Below the pieces are notes generated by a model. It made no database searches and was not told the DNA's origin. It was given only the letters and a program-made list of their open reading frames with translations. A program made the translations under genes and the position numbers. Below, piece by piece: positions 20,996-31,840 of a stretch of DNA of 64,000 bases. Location: contig CBDFFH010000005.1 in the NCBI GenBank assembly GCA_965246715.1, positions 224,001-288,000 on the forward strand. The letters are read 5' to 3'. This DNA is from Chamaesiphon sp. GTDB taxonomy: Bacteria; Cyanobacteriota; Cyanobacteriia; Cyanobacteriales; Chamaesiphonaceae. Within the stretch, counting starts at the first letter, position 1, and each line of letters starts with the position of its first letter.

Positions 20996-21490
20996 TTATG
21001 CGGGGATAAACTTCATCGCCACACCATTCATGCAATACCGCAACCCAGTCGGTTTCGGCCCATCTTCAAAGACATGACCTAAATGTCCGCCACACCGCCG
21101 ACAATGAACTTCCGTCCGCTGTTCGCCAAATGCTGTATCAACCGAAGTAGCGATCGCATTGGGAATCGGTGCAAAGAAACTCGGCCATCCCGTCCCGCTA
21201 TCAAACTTGGTGTTCCAGGTAAATAAGGATAAATTACAAGCAGCACAGGCAAAGGTGCCATGCCGATGTTCTTCGGTGAGGGGGCTGGTACCAGCCCGTT
21301 CCGTACCCTGTTTCCGTAACACGTCAAACTGGGCGGGTGTTAATATTTTGCGCCACTGAGCTTCAGTTTTCACAATTTGAAATTTAGTGGCTGCATTCAC
21401 CACTGGTTGCGATCGTTTATCTAGAAAATAGATTGTAGCCGCAGTACCGATCGCGATCGGTACTGTTGTTAATAATGTTCGTCTTTTCAT
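20996..21490 (-). CDS. msrB: Methionine-R-sulfoxide reductase with Tat-like leader
   Basis: CAAC, KFDSGTGWPSF, CRRCGGHLGHVF, RYCMN; MKRRTLL leader. Confidence 0.95.
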   Translation of the reverse strand: MKRRTLLTTVPIAIGTAATIYFLDKRSQPVVNAATKFQIVKTEAQWRKILTPAQFDVLRKQGTERAGTSPLTEEHRHGTFACAACNLSLFTWNTKFDSGTGWPSFFAPIPNAIATSVDTAFGEQRTEVHCRRCGGHLGHVFEDGPKPTGLRYCMNGVAMKFIPA

Positions 21491-21511
21491 CTGTTTTAAT
21501 TAGATCGATCC

Positions 21512-21920
21512 TTATTTCGACTTGGATTCATCTTTTTTCATGGCATCAACCTTTTTTGTCTTTCATGGCAACTCGACCTGATTCTCATAGCAAATACTAG
21601 TCAGATTTTGCCATTTTAGCAATGGCATCGCCATTAGGTAATTGTCTTTCATGGCATCTTTCATAGCGTCACCTGTTGGTTGATTCTTTTTGACAGCAAT
21701 TACATAATCTGGTGATTTCTCGCTGACATCCCATTGCATCAATTGTATACATCTGTCTAAGGCATTAATCAACTGCAATGCAGTTGTTGACTTTTGGACT
21801 TGCTGCCCAAGCACTGACCGTAGAATTTCAGAGCAAGATGCAAGCCCAGCCATAAGTAGCAGTATCGTGAGATGGAGATCGAAGCCATTTTTTTCTGGTG
21901 AGTAGAGTATCTGTTTCACG
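21512..21920 (-). pseudogene. Decayed MXKDX lipoprotein copy carrying an ISAs1-like transposase fragment
   Basis: LLLMAGLASCS lipobox and GDAMKD remnants match 22053..22301; DYVIAVKKNQP segment near 21680-21830. Confidence 0.75.
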
Positions 21921-22052
21921 ATCGTGTCGATTGGGTTTTTTCCCCCGTCAAAACCCTTGTATTTGTTTCTATGTTTATCAGTCTAAGCTTTCATACTTTT
22001 CGTAATTCAAATCTCTATCTAAATCTCACCCTGCCCTGAATCAATAATGTAC

Positions 22053-22301
22053 TTATTTTTTGGATTCATCTTTTTTCATGGCATCGCCTTTTTTGTCTTT
22101 CATGGCATCACCTTTCATAGCGTCGCCTTTCATGGCATCGCCTTTTTTGTCTTTCATGGCATCACCTTTCATAGCGTCACCTGTTATTGATGTCGGTGAA
22201 GCTGTCTCTGTCGTTGTAGTTGTTGGTGGAGTAGCAGAGCAAGATGCAAGCCCAGCCATAAGTAGCAGAATGGAGATCGAAGAGAGTAGAGTACGTTTCA
22301 C
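22053..22301 (-). CDS. Pentapeptide MXKDX-repeat Met-rich lipoprotein
   Basis: LASC lipobox, Thr/Pro linker, six GDAMK repeats; likely GTG start. Confidence 0.85.
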   Translation of the reverse strand: MKRTLLSSISILLLMAGLASCSATPPTTTTTETASPTSITGDAMKGDAMKDKKGDAMKGDAMKGDAMKDKKGDAMKKDESKK

Positions 22302-22347
22302 GATCGGTCTGGGGGTCAAAACCCTTGTGTTTGTTTCTATGTTTATC

Positions 22348-22413
22348 AGTCTAAGCTCTCTATCTAAATCTTCCCTGAATCAATAATGAGAAATTCCTGA
22401 GAATCTATTGAAA
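22348..22413 (-). promoter_or_regulatory. 11-bp-period hexamer boxes plus -10
   Basis: tttcaa-N5-tctcag-N5-tctcat-N5-attcag-N5-atttag-N10-tagact. Confidence 0.65.
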
Positions 22414-22461
22414 TATCGGTAGACCCTACAATTAGCAAACTTATACATATACCTGAAGAAA

Positions 22462-22504
22462 GATCGCACTGAGCTGTTCCATCTGGAAATAGTTCAGTGC
22501 GATC
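22462..22504. terminator. Hairpin between the MXKDX genes
   Basis: gatcgcactgagct...agttcagtgcgatc. Confidence 0.5.
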
Positions 22505-22675
22505 GATTTAATTAAACCTCAAACTAACCCCAAATTTGTCCGTTAACTTTCCTAATCTCTGCATCGGCGAGATAACTCCTGTAACTAGTTCAGAGCAGTT
22601 ACTAATCAGGATCGTCTATTTTAAAGTGGGCGATCGATCGAGTAGCCGTTCTCTGTCTAAGGCTGGTACTTACAA

Positions 22676-22921
22676 TTATCCTTTTTTTGCAGTTTTTTTC
22701 TTCATGGATTGACCTTTCTTCATCGCGCTACCTTTTTTCTTCATGGCATCGCCTCTCATAGCATCGCCTTTTTTCATGGCATCGCCTTTCATAGCATCGC
22801 CTTTTTTCATGGCGTCACCGCTTTGCATTGCGTCACCTGCGGATGCAGGTGGAGTAGCAAGGTAAGCTTGACCGACAAATACTGACAGAATAGCGATCGA
22901 AGATAGTAAAACACGTTTCAT
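22676..22921 (-). CDS. Pentapeptide MXKDX-repeat Met-rich secreted protein
   Basis: Sec signal ending PASA; GDAMK/GDAMQ repeats. Confidence 0.85.
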   Translation of the reverse strand: MKRVLLSSIAILSVFVGQAYLATPPASAGDAMQSGDAMKKGDAMKGDAMKKGDAMRGDAMKKKGSAMKKGQSMKKKTAKKG

Positions 22922-22965
22922 GATAATTATGTGGGTCAAAGCCCTTATTTGTCTCCAGCCCTGTT

Positions 22966-23020
22966 AGTTTAATATCTCTATCTAAATCTCTCCTGAGCAA
23001 ATGATGAGAAATTCCTGAGA
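22966..23020 (-). promoter_or_regulatory. 11-bp-period hexamer boxes plus -10
   Basis: tctcag-N5-tctcat-N5-gctcag-N5-atttag-N10-taaact. Confidence 0.65.
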
Positions 23021-23041
23021 ATTAAGTTGAATTTAGTAATA

Positions 23042-23400
23042 CTCACATCTTGCACCAATGCATAGATACTATAATTAGAGCGAGACTAATTCCAACGTTA
23101 GCCTTTGAGATGCCAGCAGCTCTCGTTTACTCTCTATTTCTATCAGCAGTAAACTTATTGCGGTTTTTGGCAATAGCTGCTGTAGTGTCAACAGTGTAGC
23201 CTCTTGCCAATCAGGCAAATTGCCAGGGCGCAATGACAAATAAACCCTGCTAGGCGGGTCCCCCGCCCAGCAGTGAGTCAGCACAAAACTAATCAAGCTA
23301 AGTATGAGCCAACGATAGACCCCCAATAAGGTCTGCTGACCAAAGCTAACCAACCCAAATTGATATTTGGCAGTCTTGAAATCATAGGTCAATTTACGCC
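23042..23400 (-). mobile_element. IS701-like transposase 3' remnant
   Basis: FKTAKYQFGLVSFGQQTLLGVYRWLILS; end-like ctcacatcttgcacc. Confidence 0.7.
23248..23271. repeat. 24-bp hairpin micro-insertion in the IS remnant
   Basis: tgctaggcgggtcccccgcccagc; removal restores HWVYL on the minus strand. Confidence 0.65.
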
Positions 23401-23723
23401 GCTCTGTACTAGAAGCGAATTTGTGACAATTCATGATATCCATTGGGGAATTGAAAGGTTTCACAGAGCCATCAAACAAGTATGTGGCATTTGTCGATTC
23501 ATGGTGAGAGATAGTCAAGCAATCAAAACACATATATTTTGTTCGCTGCAAGCATTTGTTCGTTTAGAAAAAATGCGCTCTCTTGACCTCATTTCTAATT
23601 GGTATGAATTGCAAAGAAACTTATTCACTTTAGTTGTACGTGATTATATTGTAGAAAATCTTACCAATACTTGTGCTGCTTAACGTACATAAATAAGATT
23701 TTTTGTCAATGCGTAAGTCCTAA
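23400..23723 (+). mobile_element. Second IS701-family 3' remnant
   Basis: HWGIERFHRAIKQVCGI...HIFCSLQAF; end-like gtcaatgcgtaagtccta. Confidence 0.75.
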
Positions 23724-23786
23724 ATTATTTCCTTTCGATCGGCGCAATTATTCCTAAGTGTAAATATTTGAAGCACTCATAATTTC

Positions 23787-24749
23787 TTACCTCTTTAGTG
23801 CTGGGAGAACTCGTTCACCGAAGACCTCGATGAATTCCTGCTGCTGCCGATTGACGTTGTGCAGGATAATCTCGCTGAAACCGAGTTCCATATCTTTTTG
23901 TAGCCACTCGATATGTTGTTCGGGATCTGCCGATATCCGCACTAAATTATCCAGATCGTTCGGCTTCACGAACTGCGCGGCAGCATCGAACTGCGCTGGT
24001 GTACGGAGTTCCGCCAGCACGACGTTCTCTAAGATATTAGTGCGCCACTGGTCGTAGGCTCCAAGGCGTGCTTCCTCCTCGTCTCGTGCGTAGGACAATT
24101 GTACCTTGAGGTACATTGGCTTTCCCTTTCCCCCACCCCGGTGAAATGCCTCCACCACCTTCAGGAGTTTTTCGTGGGGACGGGAGGTGGTGATTAGCCC
24201 ATCTGCCCAGCTACCTACCCACTCAGCTGTTTCGGGGGTGAGCGCTGCTCCCACGATCTGGGGTAAAATCTCAGGACGGGTGTAAAGCTTTGCCTCTTCC
24301 ACACATATCCGACCGTAGTGGGTGACTGTTTCCCCATCCCACAAGGCACGGATGACTTCGACGCACTCCTTTAGGCGGGCATTTCGTTCAGCCTTGGCAG
24401 GCCAGTGTTCACCCGTGATGCCTTCGTTGATTGCCTGACCAGTCCCCAATGCCACCCAGAAACGACTAGGGAACATTTCGGCGAGGGTGGCAGCAGCTTG
24501 GGCAATAATAGCCGGGTGATACCGTTGTCCAGGAGCGCAAACGACACCGAAGGATAGAGAGGTTGCTTGCATGGCTGCACCTAACCAAGACCAGGCAAAG
24601 CCGCACTCTCCCTGGCGATCGCTCCAAGGGTGAAAGTGGTCGGAGGACAGGGCGGCGGTGAATCCAGCTTGCTCGGCAAGCTGAACCCATTTCAGCAGGG
24701 TACTGGGTTTGAACTGCTCGTGTGAGATGTGATACCCAAACTTTGTCAT
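23787..24749 (-). CDS. LLM-class (luciferase-like) oxidoreductase, F420-G6PDH-like group
   Basis: SHEQF, SDHFHPW, AWSWLGA, YHPAIIAQ, GTGQAINE. Confidence 0.85.
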   Translation of the reverse strand: MTKFGYHISHEQFKPSTLLKWVQLAEQAGFTAALSSDHFHPWSDRQGECGFAWSWLGAAMQATSLSFGVVCAPGQRYHPAIIAQAAATLAEMFPSRFWVALGTGQAINEGITGEHWPAKAERNARLKECVEVIRALWDGETVTHYGRICVEEAKLYTRPEILPQIVGAALTPETAEWVGSWADGLITTSRPHEKLLKVVEAFHRGGGKGKPMYLKVQLSYARDEEEARLGAYDQWRTNILENVVLAELRTPAQFDAAAQFVKPNDLDNLVRISADPEQHIEWLQKDMELGFSEIILHNVNRQQQEFIEVFGERVLPALKR

Positions 24750-24802
24750 GTGTCTTTCCTCTTAAAAGAATTTTGGATTGTGAATTATTTCAGCCGATCG
24801 CA

Positions 24803-27469
24803 TTATCCAAGTTGGTCAACTTTCCCGCACTGCTCAATCAGTTCGGCTACTAAACCCGTCCAACCTGTCTGATGGCTTGCGCCGAGTCCTGCGCCGTTAT
24901 CGCCATGAAAATATTCATGGAAAAGAATTAGATCGCGCCAATGGGGGTCTGTTTGAAACGTTTTCATGCCGCCATAGCAGGGTCTGCCACCTGACTTATC
25001 CTGAAGAAAAATCTGGATTAGCCTTTGCGACAATTCTGTTGCGACTTCCTTGAGGTTCATCTCTTTGCCAGAACCAGTCGGGCATTCTACTTTGAAATCG
25101 TCGCCCAAGTAGGAATAAAACCTTTGGAGTGACTCGATAATCAGGTAATTCATGGGAAACCAAATCGGTCCGCGCCAGTTGGAATTGCCACCAAACAAAC
25201 CTGAGCAAGATTCTGCCGGTTCGTAATCCACGCGGTACTCTTCTCCCTCTACCTTAAAGATGTACGGATGCGAACCATGAAATTTAGAAACAGAGCGGAT
25301 ACCATAGGGGCTTAAGAATTCGTTTTCATCAAGCATTTTGTGCAGGATACGCCGGAGTCGCTCTTGATATGGGATCGCCAGTAGTCTTCTAGCACCGCTA
25401 CCTGGTGTTTCCATGCAGGGAACGTTTTGTTTGAGGTCAGGGTGCTTTTTAATAAACCATTCCAGGCGCTGTTCAAAGCCTGGGAGCATCTTCAACGTTT
25501 CTGGTTCCAGGATTTCAACCGCAAATAGTGGAATTAGCCCCACCAGCGATCGCACTTTCATGGAGAAAGGACGGTCATTGGGCAAATGCAGTACATCGTA
25601 GTAAAAGCCATCGTCTTCATTCCAAAGCTTTACCTCTGATTCGCCGATCCGGTTCATCGCATCAGCAATATAAAGAAAATGTTCAAAAAACTTAGTGGCG
25701 ATATCTTCGTAACAAGAATTTTCCTTTGCTAGTTCCAGCGCGATCGTCAGCATGTTTAGACAGTACATTCCCATCCAGCTAGTGCCATCTGACTGGTCTA
25801 TGTGTCCACCCGTAGGCAGTTCCATATTTCTATCAAAAACACCAATATTGTCTAATCCTAAGAAACCACCCTGAAACACATTCATTCCCTCTGCATCCTT
25901 ACGGTTCACCCACCACGTGAAGTTGAGCAGCAACTTCTGAAAGACGCGCTCCAGAAAACCTCGATCGGCGCGACCATAAATTTTTTGCTCGATCGTGTAG
26001 ACACGCCACGCCGCCCAAGCATGAACGGGGGGGTTGACATCACTAAAATCCCATTCATAGGCTGGTAGCTGACCGTTGGGATGCATATACCATTCCCGTG
26101 TCAATCGATCTAGTTGCCGCTTGGCAAAGTCAGGGTCGATCATCGCCAGCGGAATGACCTGAAAAGCCAAATCCCAGGCACCAAACCAGGGATATTCCCA
26201 TTTATCTGGCATGGAGAGAATCTCATCACTAAACAGATGAATCCATTCGGAGTTTCTAATACATTTGCGTGACTCTGGTGGTCGTGGAGCGGTGGAATCG
26301 CCTTTTAGCCACTCTTCCACGTCATAGTAATAAAGTTGTTTACTCCACAACATACCGGCGAAAGCTTGTCGCTGTACATTACGTCTATCTTTGGACAAAC
26401 TGGGAGAAGAGACGCGATCGTAAAATTCATCGGCTTCGCGTTGGCGATTTTGGAAGATTGTTTCAAAATTAGTGCCTAACGGTTCCGCTAAATCTTGATA
26501 GTCACTTAGTCGTAGCCGAACTGTTTTTGTTTGACCTGCACCAACTTTCACCAAATAATGCAATGAGGCTTTTGTTCCGGTCTGAGTTGGATTTACGGCT
26601 GAGTGCTGACCGCGTACAACGTAATCGTTGATTCCATCTTTGACATAGGGCGATAAATTGCTGACTTCAGATAGTCTTTCCGAGTTGGTTTCGTTTTCTG
26701 TAAACAAAATCTCCTCTGAATGTTCAGAATGCAGCCATCTTTTTCCGAGGGTTGGATGAGAGGCTTCTATCACACTAAAGTTAATGTTAGATTGAGTCCA
26801 CTTAAGAGAAGGCTTATCCTCACTGTTATTCCAAGACCAAGTATTCCGAAACCAGAGGGTTGGTAAAAGATGCAGGGTTTTCTCTTCAGGTCCTCGGTTG
26901 ACAACACTGATTTGAATCAGAATATCTTCTGATGAACTTTTGGCGTACTCTACAAAAACATCAAAGTAACGCCCGTCAGCGAAGACGCCAGTATCAATTA
27001 ATTCAAATTCTGGGTCTTTATAACCTCTGCGCTTATTTTCTTCAACTAACTGAGAATAGGGAAATGCTCGTTGCGGATATTTGTAAAGACATTTCATATA
27101 GGAGTGGGTAGGAGTGTTGTCAAGATAAAAGTAATGCTCCTTTACGTCTTCTCCATGATTGCCCTCATTACTTGTTAAACCAAAGAGCCTTTCTTTCAGA
27201 AAGGGATCTTCACCATTCCAGAGTGCGATCGCAAAACAAAGTCGCTGATGGTTATCAGAAATTCCAGCAATACCATCTTCACCCCACCGATAAGCGCGGG
27301 AACGAGCCTGATCGTGCGGGAAATAGTCCCAAGCTGAACCATCCGGGCTGTAATCCTCTCGTACTGTTCCCCACTGCCGTTCACTCAAATATGGCCCCCA
27401 CCGCCGCCAATGAGCTTTGCGATCGCGGTTTTCTGCCAACCTTTTTTCTTCCTGGGTCATGTTTTTCAT
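24803..27469 (-). CDS. GH63 (MGH1-like) glycoside hydrolase
   Basis: [42 protein letters not shown]. Confidence 0.9.
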   Translation of the reverse strand: MKNMTQEEKRLAENRDRKAHWRRWGPYLSERQWGTVREDYSPDGSAWDYFPHDQARSRAYRWGEDGIAGISDNHQRLCFAIALWNGEDPFLKERLFGLTSNEGNHGEDVKEHYFYLDNTPTHSYMKCLYKYPQRAFPYSQLVEENKRRGYKDPEFELIDTGVFADGRYFDVFVEYAKSSSEDILIQISVVNRGPEEKTLHLLPTLWFRNTWSWNNSEDKPSLKWTQSNINFSVIEASHPTLGKRWLHSEHSEEILFTENETNSERLSEVSNLSPYVKDGINDYVVRGQHSAVNPTQTGTKASLHYLVKVGAGQTKTVRLRLSDYQDLAEPLGTNFETIFQNRQREADEFYDRVSSPSLSKDRRNVQRQAFAGMLWSKQLYYYDVEEWLKGDSTAPRPPESRKCIRNSEWIHLFSDEILSMPDKWEYPWFGAWDLAFQVIPLAMIDPDFAKRQLDRLTREWYMHPNGQLPAYEWDFSDVNPPVHAWAAWRVYTIEQKIYGRADRGFLERVFQKLLLNFTWWVNRKDAEGMNVFQGGFLGLDNIGVFDRNMELPTGGHIDQSDGTSWMGMYCLNMLTIALELAKENSCYEDIATKFFEHFLYIADAMNRIGESEVKLWNEDDGFYYDVLHLPNDRPFSMKVRSLVGLIPLFAVEILEPETLKMLPGFEQRLEWFIKKHPDLKQNVPCMETPGSGARRLLAIPYQERLRRILHKMLDENEFLSPYGIRSVSKFHGSHPYIFKVEGEEYRVDYEPAESCSGLFGGNSNWRGPIWFPMNYLIIESLQRFYSYLGDDFKVECPTGSGKEMNLKEVATELSQRLIQIFLQDKSGGRPCYGGMKTFQTDPHWRDLILFHEYFHGDNGAGLGASHQTGWTGLVAELIEQCGKVDQLG

Positions 27470-27507
27470 GATTGATTTAATTCCTCACCGAATTGGTATG
27501 AGTTCTG

Positions 27508-28311
27508 TCACTCGGGATGATGCGGGGCTTTACATTGCTTGTAAATACAGTGGGCGTGGGGAACGTGAAACAGTTTTCCGGTAATGATTTCACGCTTGCC
27601 ACGATAAAGCAGACGGAAGGCAACCACCGATAATACTGCCCCTAAAGTTGGCGCAACGAAATACAGCCACTGATCCCGCCAGAATCCAGAGACTAAGGCG
27701 GGTCCGAAGCTGCGGGCTGGATTCAGACCTGTGCCAGAAATTGGGGCTGTCAACCGGACTGTGAAGGCGATTAACAGCCAGGTCATCAGGGGTGTCCAGT
27801 GCATGAGCCGACGGCTACTGACAAAGATTAAGATTGACAGTACCAGCAAAAAGGTAATAAAGACTTCTACCGCGAATACATACCAAAGGGCGTACTCCGG
27901 TTGGGGCAGCGTCGCCCCGTTTTCAACGGTAGCGGCATAATCTCCCCAAATCGTTACTAATAGCACTGAACCAAAGATTGCGCCCAGGAATTGGGCAACC
28001 ATGTATCCTGCTGCATCTAAAAAATTCATTTTGCCCTGAATCCAAAAAGCCAATGAAACTACAGGATTTATGTGGGCACCACTAAGCTTGCCCAGTGGGG
28101 TAATCGCAAACAGTGAGCCACTGCCAGCAAACAGCAGTCCTGTAAGCATTAGACGACCACCCATACTAGGGATAATTTGCTCTACAGGAGAATTTTCACC
28201 GAGATTGAAGACGACGGCGCTCAGTCCAGCGAAGATTAGAAATGCGGTTCCGAGAAATTCGGCAAGATATTCAGCCCAGTTTAGTCGTCGCCACCATCTA
28301 AAATTCATCAT
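27508..28311 (-). CDS. MIP/aquaporin-family channel (NPV/NPA)
   Basis: SGAHINPV and GLNPARSFGP; His/Cys-rich tail. Confidence 0.9.
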   Translation of the reverse strand: MMNFRWWRRLNWAEYLAEFLGTAFLIFAGLSAVVFNLGENSPVEQIIPSMGGRLMLTGLLFAGSGSLFAITPLGKLSGAHINPVVSLAFWIQGKMNFLDAAGYMVAQFLGAIFGSVLLVTIWGDYAATVENGATLPQPEYALWYVFAVEVFITFLLVLSILIFVSSRRLMHWTPLMTWLLIAFTVRLTAPISGTGLNPARSFGPALVSGFWRDQWLYFVAPTLGAVLSVVAFRLLYRGKREIITGKLFHVPHAHCIYKQCKAPHHPE

Positions 28312-28374
28312 TTTTTTTCACTAAGTGAGGGAGCATTAAATAGAAAAGATTCAACTAGGACGCTCTCTTAAAAA

Positions 28375-29328
28375 CTACTTTTCGACTAACCGCAAGGCGT
28401 GACCGTCTGGGTCTTTCACCAAAAAGCCCTTTTTGAATCCCAATGTCTGTTCTGGCATTTCCACGACACCGGAAGAAATAAAGGTAGATTGTTGCGCGTT
28501 AGCGAAGCTTAACGAAGTTATGGCTTCAGCATCCCGCACTACTAAGGTAATTTGCTGATGGATCGAGTCATTGCTACGGATATCGCTAGGTATCGGTCGT
28601 CCGTCTTGTGGGTTCAGGTATTCCAAAAGCTCAATTTCAATCCCTGTAGGGGCGCTCAGTCGATTAATCTGAAGTCGGGCATGAGGAACTCCGCTGAGAT
28701 GCTCCTGTTCAGTGCCGTAGTTTTCACTTTCCCCAGCCCGTTCCATTCCTAATAAATTGTGGTAAAAATTTAAGCTGGCTTCGCTGTCAGAGATAACGAT
28801 CGCGGTATGATCGATCCCTAAGAAGAGTTTGTCAGTCTGGCGCTGCCACCTCGCATCTCCTTTCCCTGGTGGATAGCGGATTAGTTCCAGGTCGTGTCCA
28901 TCTGGGTCTTTGAAGTAAAAAGCTTGGATACCCCCTGCTGCTTTATTCCAATTTGGAAGCTGTTGGGGTTCGGTTGATGTGTTTTGTGTCTGGTTCTGCT
29001 GTAAGTGTTGGTAGGCTTTATCCATGTCACTGACAGTAATAGCAATGTGCTGGAACCAGCGATCGTTGCTGCGGGAGTCAGCAGGAATTGGTCGTCCTTT
29101 CGGCGCGAGGTATTGAGTTAGCTCAATCAACTCGCTGCCCAGTTGCATCTGGACAACCCGCATTTGGACGTTTGGTAATCCCTGAAGCTGTTCGTAAGCA
29201 GCGCCCGAAACCTCGACATCGGAGATTTTTTCAAACGACAACACTTTAGAGTAAAATTCAAGCGATCGCTCCATACTGGCAACCGTCATCCCAATTGATT
29301 CCACTGCAACTATTCGTTCGTCTTGCAT
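28375..29328 (-). CDS. Two-domain VOC/glyoxalase-family protein
   Basis: QHIAI, DPDGHDLE, DHTAI, DPDGHALR. Confidence 0.85.
   Translation of the reverse strand: MQDERIVAVESIGMTVASMERSLEFYSKVLSFEKISDVEVSGAAYEQLQGLPNVQMRVVQMQLGSELIELTQYLAPKGRPIPADSRSNDRWFQHIAITVSDMDKAYQHLQQNQTQNTSTEPQQLPNWNKAAGGIQAFYFKDPDGHDLELIRYPPGKGDARWQRQTDKLFLGIDHTAIVISDSEASLNFYHNLLGMERAGESENYGTEQEHLSGVPHARLQINRLSAPTGIEIELLEYLNPQDGRPIPSDIRSNDSIHQQITLVVRDAEAITSLSFANAQQSTFISSGVVEMPEQTLGFKKGFLVKDPDGHALRLVEK
28499..28519 (+). repeat. SDR5-like 21-bp in-frame insertion in the VOC gene
   Basis: gcg[ttagcgaagcttaacgaagtt]atggc. Confidence 0.75.
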
Positions 29329-29364
29329 TGATTAAAACCCTGCAACTACACTCGATCACGAAAA

Positions 29365-30909
29365 TTAGCTCAGGCGTTCGATGAGATGATCTCCCACGCG
29401 CAGCGCATTGGCGATAATCGTTAGGGTCGGGTTGAGACCCGTGTTTGAGGGAAAGAAGCTGCTATCGACGACATAGAGATTGTCAACATCGTGGGTGCGA
29501 CAATTAACGTCCAAAACGGAAAGCATTGGCTCAGTCCCAAAGCGACAGGTGCCACATTGATGGGCTACCCATTTCAAGGGAAAGTTGTCGTGGTAATAGA
29601 GCGATCGCATCATGAAGCCCATATCGACATCAATCGACTTTAAAACCTCAGTCCAACGATCGACCAGACGCTTGAACGACTCTGTGTTATTTTCGGTGTA
29701 GTCAAGGAAAATCTTGTCTCCTTTTACCCTGACTCGATTATGCAGGTCTGGCAAATCCTCTCCCATCAACCACCAATCGACAGAGTGTAGCGCCGCATCT
29801 TCTGAAGAAACATCCTTGTCTATCATCAGTGGCACATCATCCATCAGCATGGTCTGGTTAACTTTACCTGACAGTTGCACTTGCCCCATTGGATAGGGAA
29901 AATCCGGCTCACCCCAGTAAAAGTCGTTAACTCCCAAGGTTTTCTGAAACAGCGTCGGATTCTCCTGCTTCATCAAGCCGATCACTACAGCACAGTTGTG
30001 CTTCATGAAATTGCGTCCCACTTGGTCAGAACGATTCGCCAGTCCATTCGGATGACGATCGTTGTGCGATCGCAGTAGCAAGGCTGCTGAATTAACGGCT
30101 CCACAGGCAACCACAATAATATCCCCACGAAACAGCCTCGTTTCACCTGCCACTTCCGTCTCAACCACCGTGATTTCACGACCAGAGGAACTTGTGTGCA
30201 GCCGTTGCACCTTAGCTTCGGCGATCAGGGTAACATTTGGCTGCTTCATTGCTGGACGCACCCCAATCACTTCCGCATCAGCCTTGGCATGGACTAAACA
30301 GGGATGTCCATCGCAGGTTTCGCAACGAATACATTCACTCAAATAGCGCGCTTGCTCATTCAACTTGATTGCCATCGGTAGGTAGAACGGTTGGAAGCCC
30401 TTTGCCTGTAAGTCATCATGGACTTCTTGAATCCTCGGCTCGTGAGCGATCGCCTCAAAAGGATAATCTTCATTTGTCCAAGGCTCCGTGGGGTCTAATC
30501 CGCGTTTGCCATGCACGTGGTAGAGCTTCTCTGCCTCAGTGTAATAAGGTTCAAAATCTCGATACTTCAGGGGCCAAGCTGGAGAAATTCCACCCTTATG
30601 CACAACCCTGTCAAACTCCTGTTCCCGCATCCGAAACAATGTGCCGCCGTAAAGTTTTGTATTGCCGCCAACCCAGTAACCAGCGGCTGGATGTAGCTCC
30701 TTGTTTTGTTTGTCGTACCAAGTCTCAGCATTGAAATAGCGTTCATGCTTGAAAACTTGCATCGGGTCCCAATTTGCCTTCTCTCTCGGCAAGAAAGAAC
30801 CCCGTTCTAGGAGCAAAATCCGCTTGCCACTCGCTGCTAATCGATAAGCGAGCGTTCCTCCACCTGCACCTGTACCAATGATAATCACATCGTAATGATT
30901 GTCAGCCAT
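29365..30909 (-). CDS. GMC-family oxidoreductase
   Basis: GTGAGG, GGNTK, CIRCETCDG, AHQCGT, NPTLTIIANALR. Confidence 0.9.
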   Translation of the reverse strand: MADNHYDVIIIGTGAGGGTLAYRLAASGKRILLLERGSFLPREKANWDPMQVFKHERYFNAETWYDKQNKELHPAAGYWVGGNTKLYGGTLFRMREQEFDRVVHKGGISPAWPLKYRDFEPYYTEAEKLYHVHGKRGLDPTEPWTNEDYPFEAIAHEPRIQEVHDDLQAKGFQPFYLPMAIKLNEQARYLSECIRCETCDGHPCLVHAKADAEVIGVRPAMKQPNVTLIAEAKVQRLHTSSSGREITVVETEVAGETRLFRGDIIVVACGAVNSAALLLRSHNDRHPNGLANRSDQVGRNFMKHNCAVVIGLMKQENPTLFQKTLGVNDFYWGEPDFPYPMGQVQLSGKVNQTMLMDDVPLMIDKDVSSEDAALHSVDWWLMGEDLPDLHNRVRVKGDKIFLDYTENNTESFKRLVDRWTEVLKSIDVDMGFMMRSLYYHDNFPLKWVAHQCGTCRFGTEPMLSVLDVNCRTHDVDNLYVVDSSFFPSNTGLNPTLTIIANALRVGDHLIERLS

Positions 30910-30973
30910 TTTTTTCCTCCGTAACTATTATGCCGATCGAGTCCACTGAGAAAATGATTTGCACATTAACAGG

Positions 30974-31840
30974 TCATACGCTAGATACTTGACCACCCGT
31001 GACTTCCAGGATGGCACCCGTAGTAAAGCTACTATCCTCCGATGCAAAATAGACGTAGGTGGGCGCAAGTTCCTCTGGTTGGGCGGCTCGTTTCATTGCC
31101 ACGTCGTTACCAAAGTTGTCTACCTGTTCGGGTGTCATCGTCGCTGGAATGCCCGGTGTCCAAACTGGACCGGGAGCGACAGCATTCACGCGAATTTTAC
31201 GAGCTGCCAAGTTTTGCGCTAATGCTTTCGTAAATGCATTTACTGCACCTTTACTTGTGGAGTAATCGATTAGAAATTCTTTACCAATTAGACCCAAAAT
31301 GCTGCTGGTGTTGATGATGACATCGCCCTCTTTTAAGTGTGGTAAGGCAGCTTTAAGCATGTAGAAGTAGCCAAATATATTTGTTTCCAGCGTGCGACGA
31401 AACTGCTCTTCGGTAATGTCTTCAATTTGGAACTGCACCATCTGATAAGCCGCGTTATTGACGAGAATATTCAGGTATCCAAATTTCTCGATCGTCTGTG
31501 CCACCGCCTGCTTGCATTGTTCGGAGTCGCGGACATCGGCTTTGATGTTGAGACACTGTCGCCCTTTTTCTTCCACTTTAGACTTAGTAACCTGGGCATC
31601 GTCATCGTGTTCGTTATAGAGAATAGCTACGTCTGCACCTTCCATCGCGTAGGCGATCGCTACGGCCCGACCGATTCCTGAATCGCCACCAGTAATCAGC
31701 GCAACTTTTCCTTGCAGTTTGTTAGCAGGCTTGTAGTTCGATAAATCACTGTCCGGCTGCGGAATCATGTCTTCCTGGCTAGCAGGATAAGACAGCTTTT
31801 GGGCAGGGATTTGAGCGGCAGTAGGACGAAATTCTGACAT
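30974..31840 (-). CDS. SDR oxidoreductase (general-stress/glucose dehydrogenase-like)
   Basis: TGGDSGIG, NNAA, YSTSK. Confidence 0.9.
   Translation of the reverse strand: MSEFRPTAAQIPAQKLSYPASQEDMIPQPDSDLSNYKPANKLQGKVALITGGDSGIGRAVAIAYAMEGADVAILYNEHDDDAQVTKSKVEEKGRQCLNIKADVRDSEQCKQAVAQTIEKFGYLNILVNNAAYQMVQFQIEDITEEQFRRTLETNIFGYFYMLKAALPHLKEGDVIINTSSILGLIGKEFLIDYSTSKGAVNAFTKALAQNLAARKIRVNAVAPGPVWTPGIPATMTPEQVDNFGNDVAMKRAAQPEELAPTYVYFASEDSSFTTGAILEVTGGQVSSV

Noticed and set aside
22053..22939. Tandem 15-24-bp repeats resembling a CRISPR array or VNTR
   Set aside because: They are coding GDAMK repeats; there are no unique spacers and no cas genes.
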